From a candidate division FCPU426 bacterium (GTDB lineage Bacteria; Oederibacteriota; Muellerivitia; Muellerivitales; Muellerivitaceae), in NCBI GenBank assembly GCA_963830915.1, contig CAWHOE010000034.1, positions 32,001 through 96,000 of the forward strand: a DNA stretch of 64,000 nt, written 5' to 3'. The notes beneath the pieces were generated by a model. That model saw only the letters and a list, made by a program, of their open reading frames with translations, made no database searches and was not told where the DNA came from. Position 1 is the stretch's first letter; each line of letters starts with the position of its first letter. A program made the position numbers and the translations under genes. Positions 49,218 to 58,512 of this stretch are shown piece after piece.

Positions 49218-50519
49218 ATGCCCTTACGAATCAGCCGATTTTTCCCGCTCTATTCCTTGGTATTCCTGGTTCTGATGCCCGTTTGGGTTCTGGCTGACGG
49301 TGATAGCCGATATTATTCAGACAAGGGAAACGTGTATCTCAAGGAAGGTCGTAACGAGACAGCCATCAAGTATTACCAGGAAGCGGTCGAAAAAGACCCT
49401 TATAACGTCCAGGCCCGGAACAATCTGGGGAAGTTGTACGCCCAGAAAAACATGATGGATGACGCCCTGGAACAGTTCAACAAGGCCCTCCAAGTCCAAC
49501 CAAACTTCGTTCTGGCTCTCTCGAACAAGTCCTATGTCCTGCTCCAAAAGAAGGATTATCCCGAGGCCATTCTTTACGCCCTCAAGGCCCTCCGGCTTGA
49601 TCCCAGCCTGGGTTCGGCCCACTACAATCTGGGCATGGCCTATTACGAGACGAAACAATACTCGAACGCTGTTTCCCAATTGAAACTCGCCGTTAAGTCA
49701 TTCCCGGATAACAGCCAAGCGGACGAAAGACTGGCCGATGCCTATAAGAAAATGAACCATGGCGACGAGGCCCTGGCTTATTACCATCAAGCCCTGAACG
49801 CCGATCCTTTGAACACCAGCGCCCGGTCGAAAATGGGCGACGTTTACATGGACCGGGAGCAAGAAGACAAGGCGGTGGAACAATACAAGGCCGCCGTGGA
49901 TCTGAATCCCAAAAGCATCCAGGCGCATTACCAGTTGGCGGATTATTTCGAGAACCACAGGCAATGGGACAACGCCCGTCGGGAATATTTGATGATCCTC
50001 GCTCAGGATGACCAGCAGGCCCAGGCCCATAAACAAGTGGCCAAGATCATGGAACGGGATGAGGAAATGGGATTGGCTCTTTACCATTGGGAAAAATACT
50101 CCCAATTGGTTCCTGAAGATCAAGAAGTCAAACAACATATCATCGATGTCCGGAAGCCCCTCCTGACCAAGAAACAGGCGGAGCAGATGGCCGATTACAA
50201 TAAAAGGTTAGCGCAATCCAAACAGGGAACCCCAGTGTCGAACGGGAATAATTCTCCCGCCGCCCCAGCCGCTCCCGTCGCCCCGGCGGCACCTGAGGCC
50301 CAACCGGCCGCTCCCGCCGACCAAACCACCGGCAACAATGCCCAGCCGGCTTTACCCCAACCGGTGGATAACAGCCAATCCGCGCAAGCCGCCCCGGATA
50401 ATACATCGGCCCCAATGGTGGGCTCTGGTACTTATCCAACCCCTACCCCGTCGGTTCAATTGGTTCCGGTGGAAGTGGCCCAACCTACCCCGGACAACAT
50501 AGCCACCATACCTCATTAA
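49218..50519 (+). CDS. Exported TPR-repeat protein with Pro/Ala/Gln-rich disordered C-terminus
   Basis: Signal-like N-terminus (LVFLVLMPVWVLA), multiple TPRs (ARNNLGKLY, AHYNLGMAYY), tail PAAPAAPVAPAAPEAQP. Confidence 0.85.
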   Translation: MPLRISRFFPLYSLVFLVLMPVWVLADGDSRYYSDKGNVYLKEGRNETAIKYYQEAVEKDPYNVQARNNLGKLYAQKNMMDDALEQFNKALQVQPNFVLALSNKSYVLLQKKDYPEAILYALKALRLDPSLGSAHYNLGMAYYETKQYSNAVSQLKLAVKSFPDNSQADERLADAYKKMNHGDEALAYYHQALNADPLNTSARSKMGDVYMDREQEDKAVEQYKAAVDLNPKSIQAHYQLADYFENHRQWDNARREYLMILAQDDQQAQAHKQVAKIMERDEEMGLALYHWEKYSQLVPEDQEVKQHIIDVRKPLLTKKQAEQMADYNKRLAQSKQGTPVSNGNNSPAAPAAPVAPAAPEAQPAAPADQTTGNNAQPALPQPVDNSQSAQAAPDNTSAPMVGSGTYPTPTPSVQLVPVEVAQPTPDNIATIPH

Positions 50520-50631
50520 AACCGAGCCCGAATCCACACTGACGTTGAAAAATGTCCATCCGGCTTGTTTCTTTGGAAAGACAGTCTTACCCTTATCCAC
50601 TCAGTATTTTTGAAAGGGACGCCCTGATTCC

Positions 50632-51342
50632 ATGAGATTCGCCATTATTCTCCCGGTTTATAACGAGGCGCCGACCCTGGAAAGGGTCCTGGCGAAACTT
50701 TCCGAGTTCAAGAACGCTGATGTGGTGGTCGTGGATGACGGTTCGACCGATGCCACTCCCTCGATCCTGGAAAGGGTCAAGATCAAGGCGGTGATCCGGC
50801 ACCCTCAGAACGCAGGGTATGGAAAGACCCTGATGGATGGGTTCGATTACGCGAAAGAGAATGATTATCCCTATTGCGTCACCCTGGACGCGGATGAACA
50901 GCATGAGCCGGAATTCATCCCTTGTTTCCTCGAAAAGCTGGAGCGGTTCGACATCGTTTCGGGAAGCCGGTATTTGAACCCTCTCCTGGCCACCGACGCT
51001 CCGCCGATCGAGCGCTTGGAGGTCAATAAGATCATCACTGAGAAACTCAGACTACTAACGAACTATAACCTGACCGATAGTTTTTGCGGCTTCAAGGGAT
51101 ACCGGGTGGATGGGTTGAGAAAGATCACTTTGAACGAGACGAATTATGGGTTCCCTATCCAGGTTTGGTTGAGGGCGGCCAAAGCCGGTTTAACGGTAAC
51201 TGAATGCGCCGTTCCGCTCATTTATAAGGACCATAGCAGGAACTTCAACAATCAATTCGCTTCCAGGAATGAACGATTAAATCATTATTTGCAAGTGATG
51301 AAGGACGAGGCCCGAACGCTCGGTCTTTCTTCTTCTATTTAG
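50632..51342 (+). CDS. GT2 glycosyltransferase (DPM1-like)
   Basis: ILPVYNE, VDDGSTD, N.GYG, TLDADEQH, VSGSRY, TDSFCGFKGY. Confidence 0.9.
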   Translation: MRFAIILPVYNEAPTLERVLAKLSEFKNADVVVVDDGSTDATPSILERVKIKAVIRHPQNAGYGKTLMDGFDYAKENDYPYCVTLDADEQHEPEFIPCFLEKLERFDIVSGSRYLNPLLATDAPPIERLEVNKIITEKLRLLTNYNLTDSFCGFKGYRVDGLRKITLNETNYGFPIQVWLRAAKAGLTVTECAVPLIYKDHSRNFNNQFASRNERLNHYLQVMKDEARTLGLSSSI

Positions 51343-51434
51343 GTCATCTGGCTATAATAATTATTGATCCAAGGGAACTGCCAGCCCAGAGTGCCAACAG
51401 GTTGATGGCAATAAAGTAGATAAAGGCGTCCTTC

Positions 51435-53024
51435 ATGAACGAAGTCACGGAAAAGATCCCGAAAAACCACGGAGAGTTCTATTTCGACCCCCCTTTTTCC
51501 CAGTGGAAAGAGGAGGCGCTTCGCAACCGTGAAAGGAATGTGAAGGAGATCTATTGGGGCCAAAACGCCTTGAAGGTTCGGGAGATCCTCAAACTGCCCA
51601 CCGACCAACCCTTGATCTTGAGCGGCCATCAGCCGGTCTTTTTCCATCCCGGCCTGTGGGTCAAATGCCTGGCTGCCAGCCTGCTTGCCGAAGCGGTCCA
51701 GGGAACAGCCTGCCATAAATTGACCGACACGGCCCTAGTCGCCGAATATGAGCATTACCTTCCTGAAGTGGAGGAAATGGGCCAGGCTAGACGGAAACGT
51801 CTGGAGTTTTTCCATTCCAAAGACCATCAGGGGATGGAAAAGACGACCCCCTATTCTTTCATGCCTTCCCCCGATTACGAGGCCGTTCACAAGATCTTTT
51901 CCGAGGCCCAGGTGTTTTGCCCCAATGGGGTCAAGGAAAGCATGAAGGGCTACGAAGAGAAATTCATGAAGGGGCTGAAAGATAACGCGGCCTGGAATGA
52001 TTTCCATCTCTTCACGTTGAAATTACTGGACGAGCTGTGCCAGACCAAAAGGGTCTTCCTGCAGGGGCATAAGCTTTGGTCTTCCGAACCTTTCTTCAAG
52101 TTTTTGGCCTATTGGATGGGCAACCTGCCAGAACTGACAGAGGCTTACAACCAGTCCCTGGTCCAATACCGCCAGATCCACCAGATCCAACATGACTTGT
52201 CCCCATTCCCGAACCTCAAGTTCGAGGATTGGTGGTTCGAGATACCCTTCTGGGGAGTGACCAAATACCATCAAAGACATTCCCTCTGGGCCAAGACCGA
52301 CGGCAAGCACCTGATACTCAAGATGAAAGGCGGGGATGGGAACTACTCGGTCGCCCTGGATAACATGCAGGCCGAATTAGGGACCCTCCCCATCATGATC
52401 TGGCCCAAGGCCATGCCCCAGACCCTCTTTTGCCGGATGTATCTTTGCGATTATTTCATCCACGGCATGGGCGGCGGTAATTATGAGGAAGTTAATGACA
52501 TATTCTTCGAGAAGGTCTTCAAGGTGAAAGCCCTGGAATACGGCGTTGCGACCGCCACTTACCTGGTGGATCCGGAGGAAAGCGGGGCCATCGAGACCAT
52601 CCTGAACCACGAACAAGGCATCGAATGGTGGGAGAGGGCGTTGGAAAAGAACCCTGAGTACCTTTTCACCAAAAAGGATATCTGGCAAGCGGCCTTGCCG
52701 GCCTTCATGGTCCCCAAGTTCCTGGAGTGTTTCAACGACGAGAAACTCAAAAAACTCGCGGCTGAGAAGGAACGTTTGATCGGTTCGCTGAAGGATCCAG
52801 CGAAGAAAGCGGAAGCTTCCCAGAAGATCAAAGAAGTGAATAGCGCTCTTTATGAAGGCTATACCGAACCCCTCAAGGCCTTGGAACAAGGGCTGCTGGA
52901 TATTTCCAAGATCAAGGCGACCAGGGAAGTGCTTGGCTATCGTGAATATCCTTTTTTCGCTTTCAAACCGGAGACCTTCCAGACCATGAAAGAAAACGTC
53001 CGCAAAGAAGTCAATAAGGCCTAA
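51435..53024 (+). CDS. Uncharacterised 529-aa protein with BshC/WbqC-like motifs
   Basis: Long clean ORF; ILSGHQPVFFHPGLWVK and FIHGMGGGNYE motifs, helical C-terminal part, terminal REYPFF. Confidence 0.6.
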   Translation: MNEVTEKIPKNHGEFYFDPPFSQWKEEALRNRERNVKEIYWGQNALKVREILKLPTDQPLILSGHQPVFFHPGLWVKCLAASLLAEAVQGTACHKLTDTALVAEYEHYLPEVEEMGQARRKRLEFFHSKDHQGMEKTTPYSFMPSPDYEAVHKIFSEAQVFCPNGVKESMKGYEEKFMKGLKDNAAWNDFHLFTLKLLDELCQTKRVFLQGHKLWSSEPFFKFLAYWMGNLPELTEAYNQSLVQYRQIHQIQHDLSPFPNLKFEDWWFEIPFWGVTKYHQRHSLWAKTDGKHLILKMKGGDGNYSVALDNMQAELGTLPIMIWPKAMPQTLFCRMYLCDYFIHGMGGGNYEEVNDIFFEKVFKVKALEYGVATATYLVDPEESGAIETILNHEQGIEWWERALEKNPEYLFTKKDIWQAALPAFMVPKFLECFNDEKLKKLAAEKERLIGSLKDPAKKAEASQKIKEVNSALYEGYTEPLKALEQGLLDISKIKATREVLGYREYPFFAFKPETFQTMKENVRKEVNKA

Positions 53025-53046
53025 CCTCCCCCTGACAAAAGAGACC

Positions 53047-53496
53047 ATGGAACAACCACTTTTAAAAATCGAGATATTGCCCGGCAATGAGGACCTGGGG
53101 CTTCCCGCCTATGCCACGGAAGGGTCCGCCGGTTTGGACCTGAAGGCAGCCCTTACCCAATCCCTGACCATCCAACCTGGTCAAAGGGAGGCGGTGCCGA
53201 CGGGGTTGAAAATGGCCATACCGCCAGGTTACGAGGGATGCGCCAGACCCCGAAGCGGACTGGCCATGAAACACGGGCTCACCCTGACCAATTCTCCCGG
53301 GACGATCGATTCGGATTACCGGGGCGAGGTGAAAGTGCTTCTTATCAACCACGGCCAATCGCCGGTGGTGTTGAATCGGGGTGACAGGATCGCCCAATTG
53401 CTGATATCGCCGGTGGCGCACGCCAAGATTGTTCAGGTGGAAAAGGTGGATGACACGGCGCGCGGCGAAGGCGGTTTTGGACACACCGGCGTATAA
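53047..53496 (+). CDS. dut: dUTP diphosphatase
   Basis: SAGLDL, RPRSGLA, PGTIDSDYRGE, DRIAQL, RGEGGFGHTG. Confidence 0.97.
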   Translation: MEQPLLKIEILPGNEDLGLPAYATEGSAGLDLKAALTQSLTIQPGQREAVPTGLKMAIPPGYEGCARPRSGLAMKHGLTLTNSPGTIDSDYRGEVKVLLINHGQSPVVLNRGDRIAQLLISPVAHAKIVQVEKVDDTARGEGGFGHTGV

Positions 53497-53517
53497 AACC
53501 ATTCCTCAGGAAAAATC

Positions 53518-54576
53518 ATGGATGTCTCGATCGATTTTCGCCCGGTAGGTTTCAACCTGGGCGGTTGGTTGTCACAATCGGATCTTTCCGAAGACCATGT
53601 CAAAAATTTCATCACCGCCGAGGACTTCCGAAGGATCGCCCGATGGGGATTCAATTCGATCCGGCTCCCTTTCGACGCCCAATGGCTTTTTGAGGACCAA
53701 GGACGGGGTTCCCTCGCGAAGGATAGGCTAAAGATCCTGAAAAAAGTATTGGATTGGTCGGCTGACGCGGGCCTTTTGACCATCCTGGATATGCATCAGG
53801 TTCCCTGGCATTCATTCGCCAAACCCGAACTTGAAAATCTATGGAAAAACGACGAAGATTTGAATTCCTTTTGCCGGTTATGGGCGGAGTTGGCGAGTGA
53901 ATTGAAGGGGACGGAGGGTCCTCTTTGGTTCGATACCTTGAACGAACCCACCGCCAAGGATCCGGGGGATTGGAACAAAGTGGCTCAAAGGGTTTATGAG
54001 GCCATCCGGAGCGTGGACCCGCAAAGGGTAATCCTTCTGGAATCGACTTCTTGGGCTTCTGTCGCCAGGTTAGGGGATCTGGTGGAACGGGCGCGGGGAC
54101 ATCAACTGGTCTATAGTTTCCATTTCTACTTGCCCATGTTCGTGACCCATCAAGGCGCGCCCTGGTGGAAGGATGGGAAAGCTTATCAGGAAGAGGTTCA
54201 TTATCCCGGCGGCCTCCCTCGAGTGGATGAGTATCTTTCCAAGGAGTTATCAGCCCCGACCCGTGCCGCCCTGATGGAAGAAGGAAGCCAAATTTGGGAC
54301 CGGGAAGGTTTAAAGGTGGTTTTAAAGCCGGTGGAGCGTTATACGAAGGAAGGATTCCGCTTTTACTGCGGAGAATTCGGGGTTTATGATAAGGCCCCCC
54401 GGACAACCCGTCTGAATTGGACAAGGGATGTGGTGGGGCTCTTCAAAGAAATGGGCATTGGCTGGGCTTATTGGAACTATAAATGGCTGGATTTCGGTGT
54501 TTATTCCAAAAGGCCGGATGGGTCCACAGGGCCCGAGGACAAAGAAATGGTCACAGTACTCCAAGGGGGATGCTAA
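53518..54576 (+). CDS. GH5 glycoside hydrolase, no signal peptide (cellodextrinase/CelC-like)
   Basis: GFNLGGWLSQ, GFNSIRLP, ILDMH, LNEP, SFHFY.P..THQGA.W, YCGEFG, WAYWNY. Confidence 0.88.
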   Translation: MDVSIDFRPVGFNLGGWLSQSDLSEDHVKNFITAEDFRRIARWGFNSIRLPFDAQWLFEDQGRGSLAKDRLKILKKVLDWSADAGLLTILDMHQVPWHSFAKPELENLWKNDEDLNSFCRLWAELASELKGTEGPLWFDTLNEPTAKDPGDWNKVAQRVYEAIRSVDPQRVILLESTSWASVARLGDLVERARGHQLVYSFHFYLPMFVTHQGAPWWKDGKAYQEEVHYPGGLPRVDEYLSKELSAPTRAALMEEGSQIWDREGLKVVLKPVERYTKEGFRFYCGEFGVYDKAPRTTRLNWTRDVVGLFKEMGIGWAYWNYKWLDFGVYSKRPDGSTGPEDKEMVTVLQGGC

Positions 54577-54577
54577 G

Positions 54578-56914
54578 TTGAAAAATCGCTCATGGCTTCT
54601 TATCGGTTTTTTATTGGTCCTGGGTTGTTCACCCAAGGAAACGGTCAAACCGGGACCTGCCGTCAATCCGCTGTCCCAACCCATGGTTTCCGCCTCTCCG
54701 ACTCCAATGGCCGGGCCCCAGGCTCCCTCCCTCGTCAACATCCACCCTCCTGTTAGTGAAGCCCAATTCCAAGCTTCTTTCGCCAAGACCGCTCAGGCCG
54801 ATGTCAATTCGGGAAATCTGGACGATTTTTATACGGTCGCCCAATACCAATTCAACAGCTTGGATTATGTCGATTGCCTGAAAACCTATCAAAAAATGCT
54901 TCATGTCCAGACGTCCCTATCTCAATTGGATAAGGCCCAGTACATGGTGGGTCAGGTTTATTTCGAGAAAAAAGATTATTTGGCCGCCATGGCGGCGTTC
55001 CAGTCATTGATGGATAAATATCCCAAATCCCTCTATTTGGAACAAAGCGGGAAAATGATGGAATTCATCCTGACCTATTCCTTGACCATGGAGGATCTGA
55101 GCCGGTTCGTCGAGAATTATCCCGATTCCCCCTCGAAGTGCTCCGCTCTTTTCCAATTGGGAAGCAAGGAAGCCCAGGCGGCCCAGCAAAGCGATTCGAT
55201 CGCCCATTTGAACCAGTTCATACAACAATGCCCGCAGCATTCCATGGTCCCCTCGGCCCAGCTCCTTTTGCAATCCATGCAGAGCCTGCAACAAGGGAAG
55301 ACCTGGAAGGTCGGCGTGTTGGTCCCCATGACGGGACGCTTCAAGAGCTTCGGGGAATCGGTCCTGAACGGGGTGACCCTGGCGGTGGAGCAGGCCAATA
55401 AGAACGGCGGATCGAAGAAACCAATGACCCTTTTGGTCCGGGACACGACGGGGGACCCGATCCAGGCGGTCAAGGTTTTCCAGGAATTGACCAAGGATAA
55501 CAGCCTGGACGCGGTCATCGGACCGGTGGTCGCCTCCGAGATCGCCGCGGTGGCGCCTTTGGCCAACCAGCAAAAGATCACCTTGATCACCCCTTCCAAC
55601 AGCCGGGACGGACTTTCCGGTCTGGGACCTTATCTTTTCAGCAATAGCATGACCAACGAGATGCAGGGAAGGGCCATCGCCCATTACGCGGTCGAGAAAC
55701 TGGGATTCAAAAGTTTCGGCATATTGGCGCCGGACGATGGCTACGGGGAAACCCTCTCCAACGCTTTTGAAAAGACCGTCGAGGCTATCGGGGGAACGGT
55801 TACCGCTTCCCAGATCTACCCCCCTTCCGCCACCGATTTCAAAAAGCAGATCATTGCCCTGGGCGGGCAGGATCCAGGATATTCAAAGGAAAACGACAGG
55901 GAAAACGCCCGCCGTTCGGACGAGTTGAACTACAACTTGAAAAAAGAGATCGGGAAGGTCTTGATCAAGGCCAAAGACCTGATGGATAGCTATCCTTCGG
56001 GCCCGGAAAACAATACGCCTACCTTGACGGCGGTGGCCCTGGTACCCCTGGTAGAGAACCTTTCCAACACAATTTGTCCATCCATCGGTAAAGACGTCAA
56101 CACGACCATTCGGTCGGCATTCCAGGACCAGAGCGACTTCATCCTTCGAAACGACGACCTGGTCCAACAGGCAATGACCAGTCTGCCGTCCGAACCGAAG
56201 GGGACGACCTTGACGGTCACCGCCGACCAATGGGGAGAGATCGCCCGAAGTATCAGGACTTCCCTTCTGATCACCGGCAAGATCGTGGAGACCAATCCGT
56301 CCAATGATTGGAACCCGTCCAACCCAACCTGGGATTACACCCTGAGCTTGGAAGCCTACCAATTGAATCCGCTGAAGAACAATTATTTCAAGATCTATCA
56401 AAGCCGATTGACCTATAGCCCTTTCAAACCAGCCTCGATGGTTCGAAGCCTGGCTTCCTATCAGGCGCTCTATCTTCCGGCCCATTCGGCGGAAATACCT
56501 CTGCTCGTGTCCCAGATCCATTTTTATGACCTCAATCCTGTCTTTTTGGGAGGCCATTTGTGGGAAAACCAGACTGTCCTTCAGGAAGGGGTCAAGGACC
56601 TGGAAGGGTCCTATTTCGTGAGCGGCTTTTATACGGACAGCCAGCAGGCCGTCGTCAAAAGGTTCTCCGAGGACTACCTTCGACGGTTCACCAAGAGGCC
56701 CGATCTCCTATCGGCCCAATCCTACGACGCGGCCCGGCTGCTACTGGGTGCGCTTTCACTCTCCCTGGATCGGGACAGCGTTCATACGCTGTTGTCCCAA
56801 GTGCGGGATTTCGAGGGTGTCAGCGGCAGGACCACCTTCGGGGGTCAAGGCGAGGCGGATAAAATGGTGCCGATCCTGAAGATCCAAGGCGGAAAATACG
56901 AACAGGTCCAATAA
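54578..56914 (+). CDS. LpoA/LppC-like lipoprotein: TPR (BamD-like) plus type-1 periplasmic binding domain
   Basis: Lipobox VLGC after TTG 54578; AQYMVGQVYF...AFQSLMDKYPKS; VGVLVPMTG..G.....G..LA, AVIGP, AQSYDAA, FEGVSG.T.F. Confidence 0.78.
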   Translation: MKNRSWLLIGFLLVLGCSPKETVKPGPAVNPLSQPMVSASPTPMAGPQAPSLVNIHPPVSEAQFQASFAKTAQADVNSGNLDDFYTVAQYQFNSLDYVDCLKTYQKMLHVQTSLSQLDKAQYMVGQVYFEKKDYLAAMAAFQSLMDKYPKSLYLEQSGKMMEFILTYSLTMEDLSRFVENYPDSPSKCSALFQLGSKEAQAAQQSDSIAHLNQFIQQCPQHSMVPSAQLLLQSMQSLQQGKTWKVGVLVPMTGRFKSFGESVLNGVTLAVEQANKNGGSKKPMTLLVRDTTGDPIQAVKVFQELTKDNSLDAVIGPVVASEIAAVAPLANQQKITLITPSNSRDGLSGLGPYLFSNSMTNEMQGRAIAHYAVEKLGFKSFGILAPDDGYGETLSNAFEKTVEAIGGTVTASQIYPPSATDFKKQIIALGGQDPGYSKENDRENARRSDELNYNLKKEIGKVLIKAKDLMDSYPSGPENNTPTLTAVALVPLVENLSNTICPSIGKDVNTTIRSAFQDQSDFILRNDDLVQQAMTSLPSEPKGTTLTVTADQWGEIARSIRTSLLITGKIVETNPSNDWNPSNPTWDYTLSLEAYQLNPLKNNYFKIYQSRLTYSPFKPASMVRSLASYQALYLPAHSAEIPLLVSQIHFYDLNPVFLGGHLWENQTVLQEGVKDLEGSYFVSGFYTDSQQAVVKRFSEDYLRRFTKRPDLLSAQSYDAARLLLGALSLSLDRDSVHTLLSQVRDFEGVSGRTTFGGQGEADKMVPILKIQGGKYEQVQ

Positions 56915-56955
56915 GACCCATCGCGAAGATAAAGAGAGAATATCGGAGTTGATCC

Positions 56956-58422
56956 TTGAGCGATAACACCAAGTTCGGCACCCCGAAAGGCATGAGGGAC
57001 TGGCTTCCTCATGAGACCCTGTTGCGTCAAAAACTCATCCGGGTGATCGAGTCCCACTATCAGCTCTACGGTTTCAGGCCCATCGATACCCCGGCCCTGG
57101 AAAACAAGGAAGTGTTGCAGGGCAAGGGCGGGGGAGAGAATGAGAAGCTGATGTTCGAAGTGATGAAACGCGGGGAGGATTTCCTCTCTTCCCTGGGCAA
57201 GGCGGTCAAGGACAAGCCCAACGTGTTCAAGGACCTGGCCCTTCATCAACTGGGACTGGATAGCGCGATCAAGAACGATCCGGAGGAAATGGGCCGCATC
57301 CGGTCCGGTGTACAAGAGGTCAAAAGGGAAATGTCGGATATGGGCTTGCGGTATGACATGACCGTGCCCTTGGCTCGATACTACGCCAATCACGCCAATG
57401 AGCTGGGCAAGCCCTTCCGCTGTTACCACATCGGACCGGTCTGGCGGGCGGACCGGCCGCAGAAGGGCCGATTCCGGGAATTCTACCAATGTGATATCGA
57501 TATCATCGGGAGCGAGTCGGACGAATATGAGGTGGAACTCCTTCTGGCCACCGACCGGGTCCTGAACGATCTGGGAGTGGGAAAATTCAAGATCCGCATC
57601 AGCGATAAAAGGCTCCTTCCAGCCGTCCTTGAGAAGATCGGAGTGGAGATAGGAAAGATACCGGCCATCGCGGTCGCGGTCGACAAGCTGGATAAACAAC
57701 CTCTGGAGGAAGTCCTCAAGGAGATCGCTCGGCTGGGATTGGGTGAAACGACCCTAGCCAAGGTCCAGCATTTCATCAATCGCTCCCTCTCGGGCGATCC
57801 TGATCTGGGTTCGCTCAAGGATAGTGCGCTATTGGATTTAGGGAAGAAGGTCCTGTCCCTTCAGCACCGGGTCCATGAGATCAATCCGACCGCCCAGGTG
57901 GTATTCGATCCATTGCTGGTGAGGGGTTTTGATTACTACACGGGACCGGTCTTTGAGATCAATGTGGAGGACAAGGAATACGCCTTTTCCATCGGTGGCG
58001 GCGGGCGGTATGACGGGTTGATCGAAAAGTTGGGCGGGCCCAAGGGCACCCCGGCGGTCGGTCTTTCTTTGGGTTTCGAGCGCATCCTGACCATCCTGAT
58101 GGGTAGGGATCCCATGGCCGGCAAAGGGCTCCATCCCACGGTTTTCATCGCGAACAATGGTCAGACCGAAAAGGAAATACTCCAGCTGGCTGAAAAGATC
58201 CGCAACACGGGGATCCAGGTGGAGACATGCCTGGAAAAAAAGGATTTCGTCAAACAGATGAAAATGGCCCAGGATAACGGCGTCGAACTGGCCGTGACCA
58301 AGTTCTTTCCCGGCGGGGCGAAGGTCTGGGTCCGGCGGCTTTCCACCCGCCAGGACGAGGAAATGACCCTGGAAGGATTGGAAAAGGCCGTCCGGAACAT
58401 GGATAAGGAACCCAGGGCTTAA
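56956..58422 (+). CDS. hisS: Histidine--tRNA ligase
   Basis: PKGMRD, LRYDMTVP, VWRADRPQKGRFREFYQCD.D, LVRGFDYYTG, GGGGRYDGL. Confidence 0.96.
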   Translation: MSDNTKFGTPKGMRDWLPHETLLRQKLIRVIESHYQLYGFRPIDTPALENKEVLQGKGGGENEKLMFEVMKRGEDFLSSLGKAVKDKPNVFKDLALHQLGLDSAIKNDPEEMGRIRSGVQEVKREMSDMGLRYDMTVPLARYYANHANELGKPFRCYHIGPVWRADRPQKGRFREFYQCDIDIIGSESDEYEVELLLATDRVLNDLGVGKFKIRISDKRLLPAVLEKIGVEIGKIPAIAVAVDKLDKQPLEEVLKEIARLGLGETTLAKVQHFINRSLSGDPDLGSLKDSALLDLGKKVLSLQHRVHEINPTAQVVFDPLLVRGFDYYTGPVFEINVEDKEYAFSIGGGGRYDGLIEKLGGPKGTPAVGLSLGFERILTILMGRDPMAGKGLHPTVFIANNGQTEKEILQLAEKIRNTGIQVETCLEKKDFVKQMKMAQDNGVELAVTKFFPGGAKVWVRRLSTRQDEEMTLEGLEKAVRNMDKEPRA

Positions 58423-58512
58423 ATCCGGGTTTGGACCGCTGTTAGGTTGTGTTATCATACGTTTTCTTCAAACCGGCCCGAACAGGGCCTTTTTTATTAC
58501 AGGAGAGCTCAC

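Noticed and set aside
51359..51430. SAM riboswitch-like GTGCCAA sequence before the BshC-like gene
   Set aside because: Other SAM-I elements (ATC-AGA, kink-turn GA pairs, GCAACC) are not recognisable and the region is too short.
58475..58495. Terminator or attenuator hairpin before aspS
   Set aside because: Only a 5-bp stem with no T-box features; too weak to call.
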